A stretch of 64,000 nt of DNA from Waterburya sp. (lineage in GTDB: Bacteria; Cyanobacteriota; Cyanobacteriia; Cyanobacteriales; Xenococcaceae). Shown piece by piece: positions 39,557-49,885 of the stretch (its first letter is position 1; every line of letters begins with the position of its first letter). A program made the translations under genes and the position numbers. The notes beneath the pieces are model-generated. The model worked only from the letters and a program-made list of their open reading frames with translations, was not told the DNA's origin and made no database searches. The DNA lies in assembly GCA_965217895.1 (NCBI GenBank), contig CBDCJV010000002.1, forward strand, positions 1,120,001 to 1,184,000, given 5' to 3'.

Positions 39557-41113
39557 TTACTTTTTGTTAGTAGATATTTTAGTAACAGAATAAGGAGGAA
39601 GCGTAATTTTTTGCCGAATTTCTCCTCTTGTTTGCTGTAAAATACCAGGTTTAGTTACCAAGTCCCGTGGCGAACCTGAAATAGTTTCATAATATACTTT
39701 GCTTTTGGGTAAAAAATCAATTTTAACTTCTGTTTGGCGATCGGCTAAATTGAGAATCAGTGAATTTTTTTCAGTTCCATTAGTAAACATCCAACCATAC
39801 AAAGTAGGATATTCAAAATTATTTCTCCCCTTGGTCATTTGATTGTTAGCAAAATTAATTGGAATTGCCTGAGTCATTCCTTCAATGGCATTTCCTAACA
39901 AACTGAGTGCAGATCCTGTAGCTGACAAACTATAGGGCTTGGCTAAAGGTAATCCTGTTACTGGGTCTTCAAAGCTTTGTTCTGTAGCCAAAATTGAGGC
40001 AAAGTGGAAATTACCGATTAATTGATGATTACAAATAAGTTCAACACGAGGCTCTTCCAAAAAAAGTAAACTCATAGTCGTGGCATATAATCCATGCGCC
40101 CAACTACCCATTACCTTTGGCTTTTTGCCTTGATTTTGAAAAAATATTCTTTCAAAAAGATTGTACTCTGTAATCCAAATATTTTTGTTAATTGGTAACA
40201 ATTTAAATTGAGGAGAATTTTGAACCGTTTGCCATCTTTGAAACGGCTCACCCAAGATAATATCAGTATCTTCTAACCTAAAGAAAGGATAAGTTGGCAG
40301 ATTACTTTCTTTCTCACTTAAACCATAACCTCCATAAATATGAAGTACGATCGCGTCCGCTTTGGGTAAAGCTTTTGTTAGCAGACTGCTGTTCCATTTC
40401 TGAAATCTTTCTGGTGAATTAAGGTAAGGAATGATACCAACAACTGCTATTTCTGCTTCGGGAAATTCCTGTTCAATTGCAGAGATCCACTTTATAATTT
40501 CAGCAGCATAGTCTTGTGGTTGAGGAAAATGCTCTCTATTGTCGGCAACATCTAGATATAACTCATTACCTAATTCAATATATTGAATAGGTAAACCCAA
40601 ATTTTTAGCTGTTCGCAACATCTCCAATTGAGATGTCAAATTAGAAGTAGATAAATTTAAAACAAAAATCGGTTTAGTATTGGTAAGCTCTAATCCATGG
40701 CGAAAGTCTTCTAGTTTGCTGGCGGTATAGTTGCGATCTTGAGGGCTAAAAGAATAGGTAAAATCTTGTTTTTCTTCTCCACGAAAAGCGTCAATTAATC
40801 CTCCTGTACGCCAATTCCAATAATTAGCTTCAGTTCCACCAGGAAATCTAATCGTATTAGGGTTAAGCAATTTTACTGCTCGTACAAAGTCGGAGGATTG
40901 CCAAGAGGGAACTCGCAGAGCGTTGTTGTTAAAGCCAAAAAAACTGGAAGATAAAGGACGCGAGGAGGTAGCTAAATAAGCTGTAGTCATCTCTTCAGAT
41001 TTGACCTTATTTTGTAATCGATGCGATTGGCTTTGATTGATTAAGAAAGCCAAAAAACCGCAGATTAATAAAATAACAAGAAATTTACCGATAGAATTAG
41101 ATTTAATAACCAA
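39557..41113 (-). CDS. Membrane-anchored or exported clan GH-A glycoside hydrolase (GH79/GH51-like)
   Basis: N-terminal TM; IRFPGG..ANYWNW, acid/base ELGNELY, nucleophile WITEYN, C-terminal LPPYSV. Confidence 0.75.
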   Translation of the reverse strand: MVIKSNSIGKFLVILLICGFLAFLINQSQSHRLQNKVKSEEMTTAYLATSSRPLSSSFFGFNNNALRVPSWQSSDFVRAVKLLNPNTIRFPGGTEANYWNWRTGGLIDAFRGEEKQDFTYSFSPQDRNYTASKLEDFRHGLELTNTKPIFVLNLSTSNLTSQLEMLRTAKNLGLPIQYIELGNELYLDVADNREHFPQPQDYAAEIIKWISAIEQEFPEAEIAVVGIIPYLNSPERFQKWNSSLLTKALPKADAIVLHIYGGYGLSEKESNLPTYPFFRLEDTDIILGEPFQRWQTVQNSPQFKLLPINKNIWITEYNLFERIFFQNQGKKPKVMGSWAHGLYATTMSLLFLEEPRVELICNHQLIGNFHFASILATEQSFEDPVTGLPLAKPYSLSATGSALSLLGNAIEGMTQAIPINFANNQMTKGRNNFEYPTLYGWMFTNGTEKNSLILNLADRQTEVKIDFLPKSKVYYETISGSPRDLVTKPGILQQTRGEIRQKITLPPYSVTKISTNKK

Positions 41114-41237
41114 GAGGCAATTTTAAACTATAATTTTGCTTCAAAAACCTATAATATAGCAGGTTTTGCTATTTTTGTATTATCTATAAATTTCTTAGGT
41201 TAATCGTACCATTTTTTGATAAACCCCTAGTAGTTAT

Positions 41238-42443
41238 TTACAATACTTTTTGATACACTCGCATTAGTTGTTGATAGTGGTTTTCTGGATTGAACTCAGT
41301 CTCTACTTTACGTCTACCAGCCAAACCCATCTCGACAGACTGTTGCCGATGCTTGGTCATCCAAAGCATATGCTCTCTCAATTGTTCTACATTTCCAGGT
41401 GAAAAAGTATATCCGTCAATTTCATTGGTAACAATTTCAGTCATTCCTCCTATTTGACTAGCTATTACCGTTCGTCCATGAGCAAATGACTCAATTAAGG
41501 TTAAACCAAAAGTTTCGTACCATTCTGATGGAACTACGGTACAGAGACTATTACGAATTAACTGATTTAACTCTTGTTTATGCTTAAATCCCAATAAATG
41601 TATATGCTGAAGGTTTTTTTGTTCTATCAGTTTCTCTATTTCCAAACGATCTGTACCATCTCCCACAATTAGTAAGGGAGTGTCTGTAAGAGGAGAAGCA
41701 GCCTCAATTAAAGTAAAAATACCTTTGTATCGCTCTAGCCGTCCGAAGTAGAGAAAATATTCTCCAGGCGAAGTATTAGGTTCTAATTTTGATGTATCGA
41801 TAAAATTATGAACCGTACTTATTTTGTTTTCGGGTAATCCTAACTCAATTAATTTTTTTCTTTGAAAGTTGCTAACGGCGATAAAGTGATCGATTTTATT
41901 GACCGAACCTGAAAAGTGAGAAACATATGATTCAATAGTACTAAGTAGCGATCGCGCTATAGAACCTCGATTACAGCGTTTTGCAGTTGCTTGCCAGAAA
42001 TTCGAGCCATTACAAGCCTGACAAATTTCACCATTAGACATTAAGGAGTATACAGGACAGACAATTTTATACTCGTGTAGAGTTTGAACTATGGGGATTC
42101 CCTTTTCCTTTAGCGGTTTTAAGATCGAAGCTGTTAGTTGACCATAGTAGATGTGGAGATGAGCTAGATCAATTTGGCGATCGCTTAGCAGGTTAGCGAT
42201 CGCTCTTGCAGCTTTTTGAGAGTAGATGAAATTAATAAGATCGTCTAAATGAGGCTTTTCAAAATTTACTCTTTCGGGAAAATAGCTAGACCAAGATGTA
42301 TCTTCGTTTTGGGGATCTGAAGCTGCAAAGGGAATTACTTGATGGTCATGCTGCTGTAATAAACGGGATAAATCAAACTGATAGCGATCGCAACCACCTT
42401 TAATATGGTATCGCTGACCTGCATTCAAAATCGTAAATGTCAT
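41238..42443 (-). CDS. Glycosyltransferase family 4
   Basis: QTLHEY, YFGRLERYKG, PSEWYETFGLTLIE. Confidence 0.92.
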   Translation of the reverse strand: MTFTILNAGQRYHIKGGCDRYQFDLSRLLQQHDHQVIPFAASDPQNEDTSWSSYFPERVNFEKPHLDDLINFIYSQKAARAIANLLSDRQIDLAHLHIYYGQLTASILKPLKEKGIPIVQTLHEYKIVCPVYSLMSNGEICQACNGSNFWQATAKRCNRGSIARSLLSTIESYVSHFSGSVNKIDHFIAVSNFQRKKLIELGLPENKISTVHNFIDTSKLEPNTSPGEYFLYFGRLERYKGIFTLIEAASPLTDTPLLIVGDGTDRLEIEKLIEQKNLQHIHLLGFKHKQELNQLIRNSLCTVVPSEWYETFGLTLIESFAHGRTVIASQIGGMTEIVTNEIDGYTFSPGNVEQLREHMLWMTKHRQQSVEMGLAGRRKVETEFNPENHYQQLMRVYQKVL

Positions 42444-42531
42444 TGATTTAAATTCACCTAATTTAAAGTAGCCCTAAATGATAATTACGCTTTTTCAGTA
42501 ATTTTCAAACTAATCTCTCATTATTTACTCA

Positions 42532-44010
42532 TTACAGATAACCAAGTTTTTCTTGATGATATAAATTAAATATTAATCCTGGAAGAAGCCAAAAATATTG
42601 ACCATATATACGAAATTCAAGAGTTTGGTTAAAAAACAAAAGATAGATAGTAAGTAAAGTAAGGGTTATCAGCGATAGCGATAATTCTTTAATCAAATAT
42701 TCTTGAGTTCGATGATAAATAATTTTTGCCCATTTATATATTCGATAAAACATCCAAATCAGGATCAGCAAACCAGAAACTCCATAGTATGCTAAGAGTG
42801 CTGCCCAATAAACATCTTCAAATGTTTCTTTTCTCAGCTCTACAGCTATGAACTTAGTTGGGCTGCTATTGAGGTCGTCAATAGTCTTTAACATATCTGG
42901 TCCATAACCTAAAAATGGTTTATTGTAAATTACAGTTAGTGGAACATCTATAACAATACCTAACCTTTGTTGTCTAGCAACTTTAATATATTCTGGAGTG
43001 AATACAGTTGTCATGTTATCTACTATGCTTTGCTGTTTTTGTTGGGGATTGCCACTATAATTTATACGTATCGAATCTCCTAAAAAAACAAATTGAATTG
43101 ACAGAATGAGAATTAATCCACTAATTATTGTCAGAAAAATGCCCATTCTTCTTTTGCTACCAAACTTAAGTAACAAGTAAGCTAGCATAATTACTATAGC
43201 TGCTAATAAAAAGGCGCGTGCATAAGTTAAGCCAATTGCTGCTAGCGTGCAAGGTATTAGGGTAATTAAAATTATATTTTCTTGCTTTCTAGATATTTTG
43301 GCTAAAGAGTATTTTTTACCTTGATAGTCATAGTCTTTAGTATTTATCATATAAAGTTTACTAATAATTAATATCAGAAAGATAATCATAAAACTGGCAA
43401 ATAATATTGTATCCCCAGCAGCACTATAAATACTTCCTATTTCTCTTCCCGATAATAAGACAAAGTTTTTGGAAGCTCCGCCAACCTCAACATCGCTAGC
43501 TCTAGGCTGGAGAAATTTATCCAATGCTCCTCTACTTAAAAACTGAGCAATACCAATAGCAAGTTGAACTATTCCAGCGTAAATAGTATACAGTAGGATT
43601 TTATTTGCCTGTACTAATGTAATACTTACATTTACTATTAAATAAAAGAAAATTACATACCTCAAAAAGGGTCGAATATTTATAAAACTTTCAACTATAG
43701 ATGCCTGATTGACGATTGTCGAAATTATGACTATTTCCCAAAAAATAGCCATAGGCACATCTATTGGAGTTTTGACCAAAGGTATTTCTTGAATTAATTT
43801 GCGACCAATAACAGTAACAAATGAAGCATATATAAGTAACTCACTTAAAAAACGAGAGTAAAAATAAACTCGGTCTGGACCTGGCAAAAATTTCAGAATA
43901 AAATCTTCAAATGGTATAAAAGCCACTAAAAAAAGTATTACAAGATACATTACCGAATCTATCCGATTATTTTCTTTAGATAGATTATTTTTATTATTTG
44001 TTCTTGTCAT
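42532..44010 (-). CDS. Wzy/O-antigen ligase-like polymerase
   Basis: About 11 TMs, LTYARA, large periplasmic loop, KPFLGYGP, late YWAALLAYYGVSG. Confidence 0.75.
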   Translation of the reverse strand: MTRTNNKNNLSKENNRIDSVMYLVILFLVAFIPFEDFILKFLPGPDRVYFYSRFLSELLIYASFVTVIGRKLIQEIPLVKTPIDVPMAIFWEIVIISTIVNQASIVESFINIRPFLRYVIFFYLIVNVSITLVQANKILLYTIYAGIVQLAIGIAQFLSRGALDKFLQPRASDVEVGGASKNFVLLSGREIGSIYSAAGDTILFASFMIIFLILIISKLYMINTKDYDYQGKKYSLAKISRKQENIILITLIPCTLAAIGLTYARAFLLAAIVIMLAYLLLKFGSKRRMGIFLTIISGLILILSIQFVFLGDSIRINYSGNPQQKQQSIVDNMTTVFTPEYIKVARQQRLGIVIDVPLTVIYNKPFLGYGPDMLKTIDDLNSSPTKFIAVELRKETFEDVYWAALLAYYGVSGLLILIWMFYRIYKWAKIIYHRTQEYLIKELSLSLITLTLLTIYLLFFNQTLEFRIYGQYFWLLPGLIFNLYHQEKLGYL

Positions 44011-44932
44011 GTATTTTATATGATTTCATCTTCCAAGGTCTATTATGATATAAAGCTATTAAATGTATTTTGATTTTTGACAATGAAGTTGCATTAGAAA
44101 AATAGTTATTAATCAATTCTTTTTCTTCTGGATATCTAGGTTTTATTTTCCAGAAACTTCCTAGTCCTCTAGCAAAAGTTCTATCTGCAATCTTGTAAAA
44201 CTCTGGTAGCTTCATCTTCATAAAATATGCTGCATTTGACGCTCTATAAGCTCTCTTTCGATCAAATATTTCTCCTTCTTTAGAAGTATTAATATTATTT
44301 TGATGTACTCCCTGAATGCTTAGCTTTTTGTCTAAATAAAAGCCTTTAGCTAATGCAGGTGTTATAAGAACTATATAGCGATCTGCATCGCATTTAAGCA
44401 CTTCATCCACAGGTAAAATTTGTTCTAATAGCGATCGCTTGAAACAAAGACCAGAAGTAGCGGGAGCTAAAAAAGATAACTTACCATTTTTCATTTGCTG
44501 TCTAAAATCGCATTTTCGCGACGAACCACCGTAACTATCGGCTAAGAATAAGCCGCTAGATTTTTCTACCAGGCTTAAAGAATGAAAACACCATTCAATT
44601 GCCGAATTTTCTCTAAATATTTTAGTAATTTCTAACGCTTTTTCTGTAACAAATACATCATCTGAATCAAGTAAACAGATAATCTCGCCTTTACTAGCTG
44701 CAAAACCAGCATTAAAAGCTGATGCTTGTCCACCATTTTCTTTAAATACAGAAATAAGGCGATCGCCATAGCTAGAAATAATTTGTTTAGAGTCATCTGT
44801 AGAACCATCATCTACTACAATTACTTCTGTATTGGAGTAAGTTTGGTTAATAGCACTATCAATCGCCTCACCTAAAAAATCGGCGTAATTAAAATTAGTA
44901 ATGATAATGCTAACTAAAGGTTGATATATCAT
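43994..44932 (-). CDS. Glycosyltransferase family 2
   Basis: VSIII..FNY, VVDDGSTD, ENGGQASAFN.G, LDSDD. Confidence 0.93.
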   Translation of the reverse strand: MIYQPLVSIIITNFNYADFLGEAIDSAINQTYSNTEVIVVDDGSTDDSKQIISSYGDRLISVFKENGGQASAFNAGFAASKGEIICLLDSDDVFVTEKALEITKIFRENSAIEWCFHSLSLVEKSSGLFLADSYGGSSRKCDFRQQMKNGKLSFLAPATSGLCFKRSLLEQILPVDEVLKCDADRYIVLITPALAKGFYLDKKLSIQGVHQNNINTSKEGEIFDRKRAYRASNAAYFMKMKLPEFYKIADRTFARGLGSFWKIKPRYPEEKELINNYFSNATSLSKIKIHLIALYHNRPWKMKSYKIHDKNK

Positions 44933-45118
44933 CTCAATTGTTTATTTGAAGGAGCGAAATCTTAAAAAACTAAATTTTGCCAAATTACCTTTTTTTAAAC
45001 TTTTGCTAATTCGTAATCAAAGTTTTTGATAATATGATGATTGTATAGTTACATCACACATTAAGCAAACAATCATTTGGCAGATAAAATTAAGTTTAAA
45101 CATTAAATATATCAGACA

Positions 45119-46423
45119 CTATTTAAACCGACCTAAAGCAGTAGAGTTGATGCCGATTCTGTTGTGTACAAAAATTGCTTTCAAAATGCTTACCATAACA
45201 GTACTGCTTGCAGTAGCCGCCGCCGCACCACTGATTCCCCAGATGGGAATCCAAAACCAATTTAAAATAAGGTTCAACAATACGTTAATCCCACTCCCTA
45301 TTAGGTCATAGTTTTCGTTTCCCGTCATAGTTAACAGAATACTAGCTGAACCGACGACGATGCTCAACAATTGCCCAAGGCATAAAATAGTCAGAGCCGA
45401 TCTGGCTTGGATAAATTCAGAACCAAATAGAGATAAATACCAGTTTCCACCAAAGATTAGAATGGCAGCCATTGGTAAGGACATCAACAACATCATCCGC
45501 GAAGTCTGGGTAACTGCTTGTTGAATCTGCGTGAGCTTTTTTTCTGTGTACAGACTAGCTATGTTTGGACTCAAAATGCTATTGGCAGCCGCTAAGACAA
45601 ATGCAAGTAATTGCACTCCTCGAGCAACAGGACCATAAAGACCTGCCGCTTCGGTTCCTTTAATTGTTCCTAACATCAAAATGTCGCTTCTTGAAGTAAT
45701 CACGTACATTCCACCTAAAAGCATAAAAGGCAGAAGTTGAGTCAACCAAGTTTTGGTTTGATATTCACAAATTGCCTGCTCAACTGGCTTTGGTAAAGCT
45801 TTTTGCAGTAAATAAATTCCGATAAAAAAGGTAATAATGGTAGCAAAAATTCTTGTTCCCAAAACCCAAGAAGCTGCTAAGCCTGCACCAAAAAATAAGT
45901 GTAAGCAGAAAGTTGAAACCATTACTACTATAGGAACAATTAGCATTTCTGGCATTAAACCCATGATTATCATATGCAAACCCTGCATTGTTGATAGCCT
46001 AATGTTTCTCAAAGCTGCTATTGGCAATAGCAGCATAGCTAAAGTGAATGCCATTAAAGTCTGAGATTGATCTTTTAGATCTAAGTTCCAGGCAATTGCG
46101 ATCGCAATTGAAGCAATACTAAAAGAACTTATCAATACCATTCGATTCGACCAACGTAAAATTCCTCGAAGCAAACCCCAAGAAGATTGGGTTTTGTAGA
46201 TGGCAACTTCCCGTATTAATAAATTATCTAGTCCCAAAAGTGCTGGAATAATTAGTAACTCATGCCATGCCAAAGCATAGGCGTAAATACCAAGACCTTT
46301 TACCCCAAGAAGTCGAGCTAATAAAACATTGAGCATAAAACCCAAGCCTGAAGCTACAATTCTTAAACCCATTACCCCAACAAAGTTTTTTAAAAGACTA
46401 TTTTTTGGCTTTTTCATAATCAA
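45119..46423 (-). CDS. Wzx-type polysaccharide flippase
   Basis: LLARLLG...LGIY, D..MLG......AGLY, LNLILN...IP.WGI.GAA.AT. Confidence 0.9.
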   Translation of the reverse strand: MIMKKPKNSLLKNFVGVMGLRIVASGLGFMLNVLLARLLGVKGLGIYAYALAWHELLIIPALLGLDNLLIREVAIYKTQSSWGLLRGILRWSNRMVLISSFSIASIAIAIAWNLDLKDQSQTLMAFTLAMLLLPIAALRNIRLSTMQGLHMIIMGLMPEMLIVPIVVMVSTFCLHLFFGAGLAASWVLGTRIFATIITFFIGIYLLQKALPKPVEQAICEYQTKTWLTQLLPFMLLGGMYVITSRSDILMLGTIKGTEAAGLYGPVARGVQLLAFVLAAANSILSPNIASLYTEKKLTQIQQAVTQTSRMMLLMSLPMAAILIFGGNWYLSLFGSEFIQARSALTILCLGQLLSIVVGSASILLTMTGNENYDLIGSGINVLLNLILNWFWIPIWGISGAAAATASSTVMVSILKAIFVHNRIGINSTALGRFK

Positions 46424-46644
46424 AGATGGTAACAGATTATTAGGTATAGTTTTGCCTTGGTAAATGTAATAAAATTGACTGTTTTAAACGTTAAACATAA
46501 TTTTATAAGAAATAGTTTTAAGCTATAAATATCATTTAAAATCTAAAAATAAGGTTAAGAAAAAATTTATTCAAAGATTTTATATTAAATATAATACAGT
46601 CACAAAGTTCACCGTCGCTTTGTTGGCTTAACAACCTAAATTTA

Positions 46645-47559
46645 TTAATAATTACGAGATTTTCCTCCCATCATTACTCGTATTTTTTCTGAGTTAAGTC
46701 CCCATTTCAAGGCAAATAAAATGGAAAGTATTTTAATTTTTTGAAATGCTGAGTAATTATCTTTATTTGCCACAGCTAAAACATCTTTGGGAATTATCAA
46801 GAGGCTTTTAGCAACCTCATGAATAACTTGTAATTTAAAGACATGGTTTTTGTTTTTATGCTTTTCTCGATCGGCATCAACTCTTCCTCCTGCCACACGA
46901 AGATTTCGATGATAAATTTGTTGAAATGAATGTCTAGCGGGATGAAAAACAATTACTTTTTCGACATATTTAATGTCATAGCCTTGTTGATAAGCAAGTT
47001 GACACCACTCTCGATCGCCACCTGATTTTAATTTATGATTAAATTTACCTACTTTGTCAAAAATTGTTTTATAGGTAAATAAATTGGCTGTGGTAGTAAA
47101 ATTATCTCTTTCTATGTGTAGTTGTTGTGGAAAAGCGGTTAAGTCTTCATATAGTTCAACAGCCGTTAAACAACTAGGATCGCGAAAGAAAAGTTTAATT
47201 CTACCGCCAATGATGCTATGGTCAGGATTTTTTTTCAACGCTGTAACTCCATTTTCAATCCAATCAGAAGTAGGAATACAGTCCGAATCGGTAAAGGCAA
47301 ATATCTCTCCTTTAGCAATAGATATTCCTTTGTTGCGAGCAGCATAAGAACCAGGTTGTGCTTCATAAATAGTAGATGCTTGATGATATCCATTAACAAC
47401 TTCTGCAATACTTTCATCTGAGGCATTATCTACCACAATTATTTCGTATAAATCTTGAGGATAGGTTTGCTTCTCTAGTGCAGCCAGACACTTTTTCAAA
47501 CGTTCTACATCATTATAAACAGGAATAATTATGGAAACTAGTGGGGTATCTTTTTTCAT
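46645..47559 (-). CDS. Glycosyltransferase family 2
   Basis: VSIIIPVYN, VVDNAS, GSYAARNKG, FTDSDC, SGGD.EW. Confidence 0.93.
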   Translation of the reverse strand: MKKDTPLVSIIIPVYNDVERLKKCLAALEKQTYPQDLYEIIVVDNASDESIAEVVNGYHQASTIYEAQPGSYAARNKGISIAKGEIFAFTDSDCIPTSDWIENGVTALKKNPDHSIIGGRIKLFFRDPSCLTAVELYEDLTAFPQQLHIERDNFTTTANLFTYKTIFDKVGKFNHKLKSGGDREWCQLAYQQGYDIKYVEKVIVFHPARHSFQQIYHRNLRVAGGRVDADREKHKNKNHVFKLQVIHEVAKSLLIIPKDVLAVANKDNYSAFQKIKILSILFALKWGLNSEKIRVMMGGKSRNY

Positions 47560-47730
47560 TTATGTGTGTTTTTGCATAGCAAACAATATTAAACAGTAAT
47601 CTAATTTTTGAAATTTATTTTTGAAGATTTAGCTATCAACAATTGAATTTAAATAATTTATATTTAAAATTCACAAGACAGTAAGTTGTAGACAAGCTCA
47701 ATTACCACTCCAGCGAATTAAAAAAAAGTT

Positions 47731-49632
47731 TTATTCATTCCAAAAACTTTTTTTCTCATTAGACATGAGAATTAAACCAGTAAGAGAAAGAATAGAAAAA
47801 GCCAGAACACTAGCTAAAGCCATTTTGGTAGACGAATTATCAGGTTCATCTGGTAATTCTGGTTCTGAGAGTAACTGTATGACTGGGAAACTGGAAGAAT
47901 CATCTTTTGCATCAGATTGAGCTATTTTTGAAGTCAAAAGAGCTTCCGTAAACTCAGATTCTCGTTGAAGATTTGTTAATGGTAGCTGTTCTTTGGCAAG
48001 GTACTTGAGACGGGAATCTAATCCCTGAATTTGTTTATCTAAAGCTTGTTCTCTGACGCTTAAATTTTGTTGATCTTTGTACGCTGTTAATAGTTGTCGT
48101 GCCATGCTTTCGCGATCGCGACCGTCACTAGAACCTCTAAGATTTAATCGTTCTAAATTTGATTGTTTTACAGATTTCCCAAGCACAACATTACCCCTAT
48201 TCAAAAGAGCAGTTTCCATTTCTCGTAATTTCTCTTTTTCGTTTTGAGTAACGGGAGCATTGTCGGTAAAATTAGATTGCAAGGCTGTCAAATTAGCACT
48301 AATTTTAGTGTACTCTTGCAAATATTGTTGAAATAGGCGATCGCTGTCAAGAACTAAAGCATCGTTTGCTTGCTGGGGAGAAAGATTTAAGCTACTGGAT
48401 AATAATTGAACAGAACTATTTGCCTCTTGTAAGTCTCGTTCTGCTTTATTTTTTTCCTGACGTAAATCCTCAATTTTTGTGGCAAGATTATTTATTTTTT
48501 CAGGAGCAATTAAATCTGAATCTATTTTGCGATTGTTTAAGTTTTGTTGTAGCTGCTTTAATTTATTTTGTTCGGCCTGTATTTTATTTCTCGCTTGTTC
48601 TGTTTGCTGCTTTGCCCGATCTGTTTTCATAGACTCTATTTGTTCAAGCATTGACTTATTTAAAGCAAAGGCTTTAGATTGGGCTTGAACTGGACTATTG
48701 CCTTTAACACTAAAAGCAATGATTGAAGAATCATCAATTGTTTCAATTTCTGGTATGCCAAAATCTTTTAACGACATACCCACTAACTTAGCCGCTTTTG
48801 ACAGTACCGATGGACTATTGGCTATATATAAGATATTGTTTCGAGGATCTAAATTTTCAATAGAATTATTAACGCTGTATTGAGCTTCACCAACGTCTGG
48901 TAGATTTAAGTCTACTTTTGCTTCTCCTGGTAAAATTACTGACCATTCACTGATATATGTTGGCGGTTTACTTTTCAAATAGAAAAGCATTATAGTCCAG
49001 ACGCAAACATTGACAATAGCCCAACCAGACAGCCAAAATTTCCAATTAAATTTTTTAGGTTCAATTGCTGGTAATGATTTCTTTTGAGAAATAAGCGCGC
49101 TACCATTTGAATTTGAATTCAGCCCGTTCATAGAATTCAAATCTACAGTTTTAAAGCTGTTTGATTGTGAGCTATTTGTTCTAGCCGAGTTGGATATAGA
49201 TGAATTAACTTCATCTGAGGTTACCGAAGCCAATTGGCGTGTCAATCCTGACCCGATAATTTGCGAATAGCCTTGAGTAATAAATCTAATTGAGTTTTCT
49301 AATTCTGCTTCTAGAGAATTTTTCAACAAGTAACCTTTTGCTCCCGCATCTAGAGCTTTGGCAACGTATTCTTCACTATCAAAACTGCTTATAACTAAAA
49401 CTTTGGTATTAAGAAATTGGTTACTAATTATCCTAGTAGCATTAATGCCGTCCATATTAGGCATCACAACATCTATCAATACAACATCTGGCTTTAAAAG
49501 CTCTATTTGTTCCAAAGCCATATTTCCATCAGTGGCAATACCAACTACCTGCATATCAGAAGTTGTTTCCAATATAGAGCGCAGCCTTTCGCGGGTTATT
49601 TTTTGATCGTCTACAATAAGGATATTAATCAT
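47731..49632 (-). CDS. Fusion of a response-regulator receiver domain and a Wzz/GumC-type polysaccharide co-polymerase
   Basis: REC residues D8-D9, D54, S82, K104; Ser/Asn linker; TM1; PPTYISEW; long coiled coil; Pro-rich PELPDEP plus TM2; no kinase tail. Confidence 0.82.
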   Translation of the reverse strand: MINILIVDDQKITRERLRSILETTSDMQVVGIATDGNMALEQIELLKPDVVLIDVVMPNMDGINATRIISNQFLNTKVLVISSFDSEEYVAKALDAGAKGYLLKNSLEAELENSIRFITQGYSQIIGSGLTRQLASVTSDEVNSSISNSARTNSSQSNSFKTVDLNSMNGLNSNSNGSALISQKKSLPAIEPKKFNWKFWLSGWAIVNVCVWTIMLFYLKSKPPTYISEWSVILPGEAKVDLNLPDVGEAQYSVNNSIENLDPRNNILYIANSPSVLSKAAKLVGMSLKDFGIPEIETIDDSSIIAFSVKGNSPVQAQSKAFALNKSMLEQIESMKTDRAKQQTEQARNKIQAEQNKLKQLQQNLNNRKIDSDLIAPEKINNLATKIEDLRQEKNKAERDLQEANSSVQLLSSSLNLSPQQANDALVLDSDRLFQQYLQEYTKISANLTALQSNFTDNAPVTQNEKEKLREMETALLNRGNVVLGKSVKQSNLERLNLRGSSDGRDRESMARQLLTAYKDQQNLSVREQALDKQIQGLDSRLKYLAKEQLPLTNLQRESEFTEALLTSKIAQSDAKDDSSSFPVIQLLSEPELPDEPDNSSTKMALASVLAFSILSLTGLILMSNEKKSFWNE

Positions 49633-49885
49633 ATTTAAATACTTAATATATATTTTATTTAATTGTAATTAATTTAAATAGCAATTAATAAAGGTGCAAA
49701 TATCAAATAATTTTATAACCTTTCCCCAATCGCGCTGAAGCGTTTTTCTTGATCTAGCTTTGTCAATCAAGCCTCCTGTAAATAAATAATTATTTAGAAT
49801 AATACCAGAATCTTGAAAATATTTGCCTGCTTTTGGCAAATATTTGACGAGCAAAAGTTAAAAACAAAGCTTAACTATGGTAATC

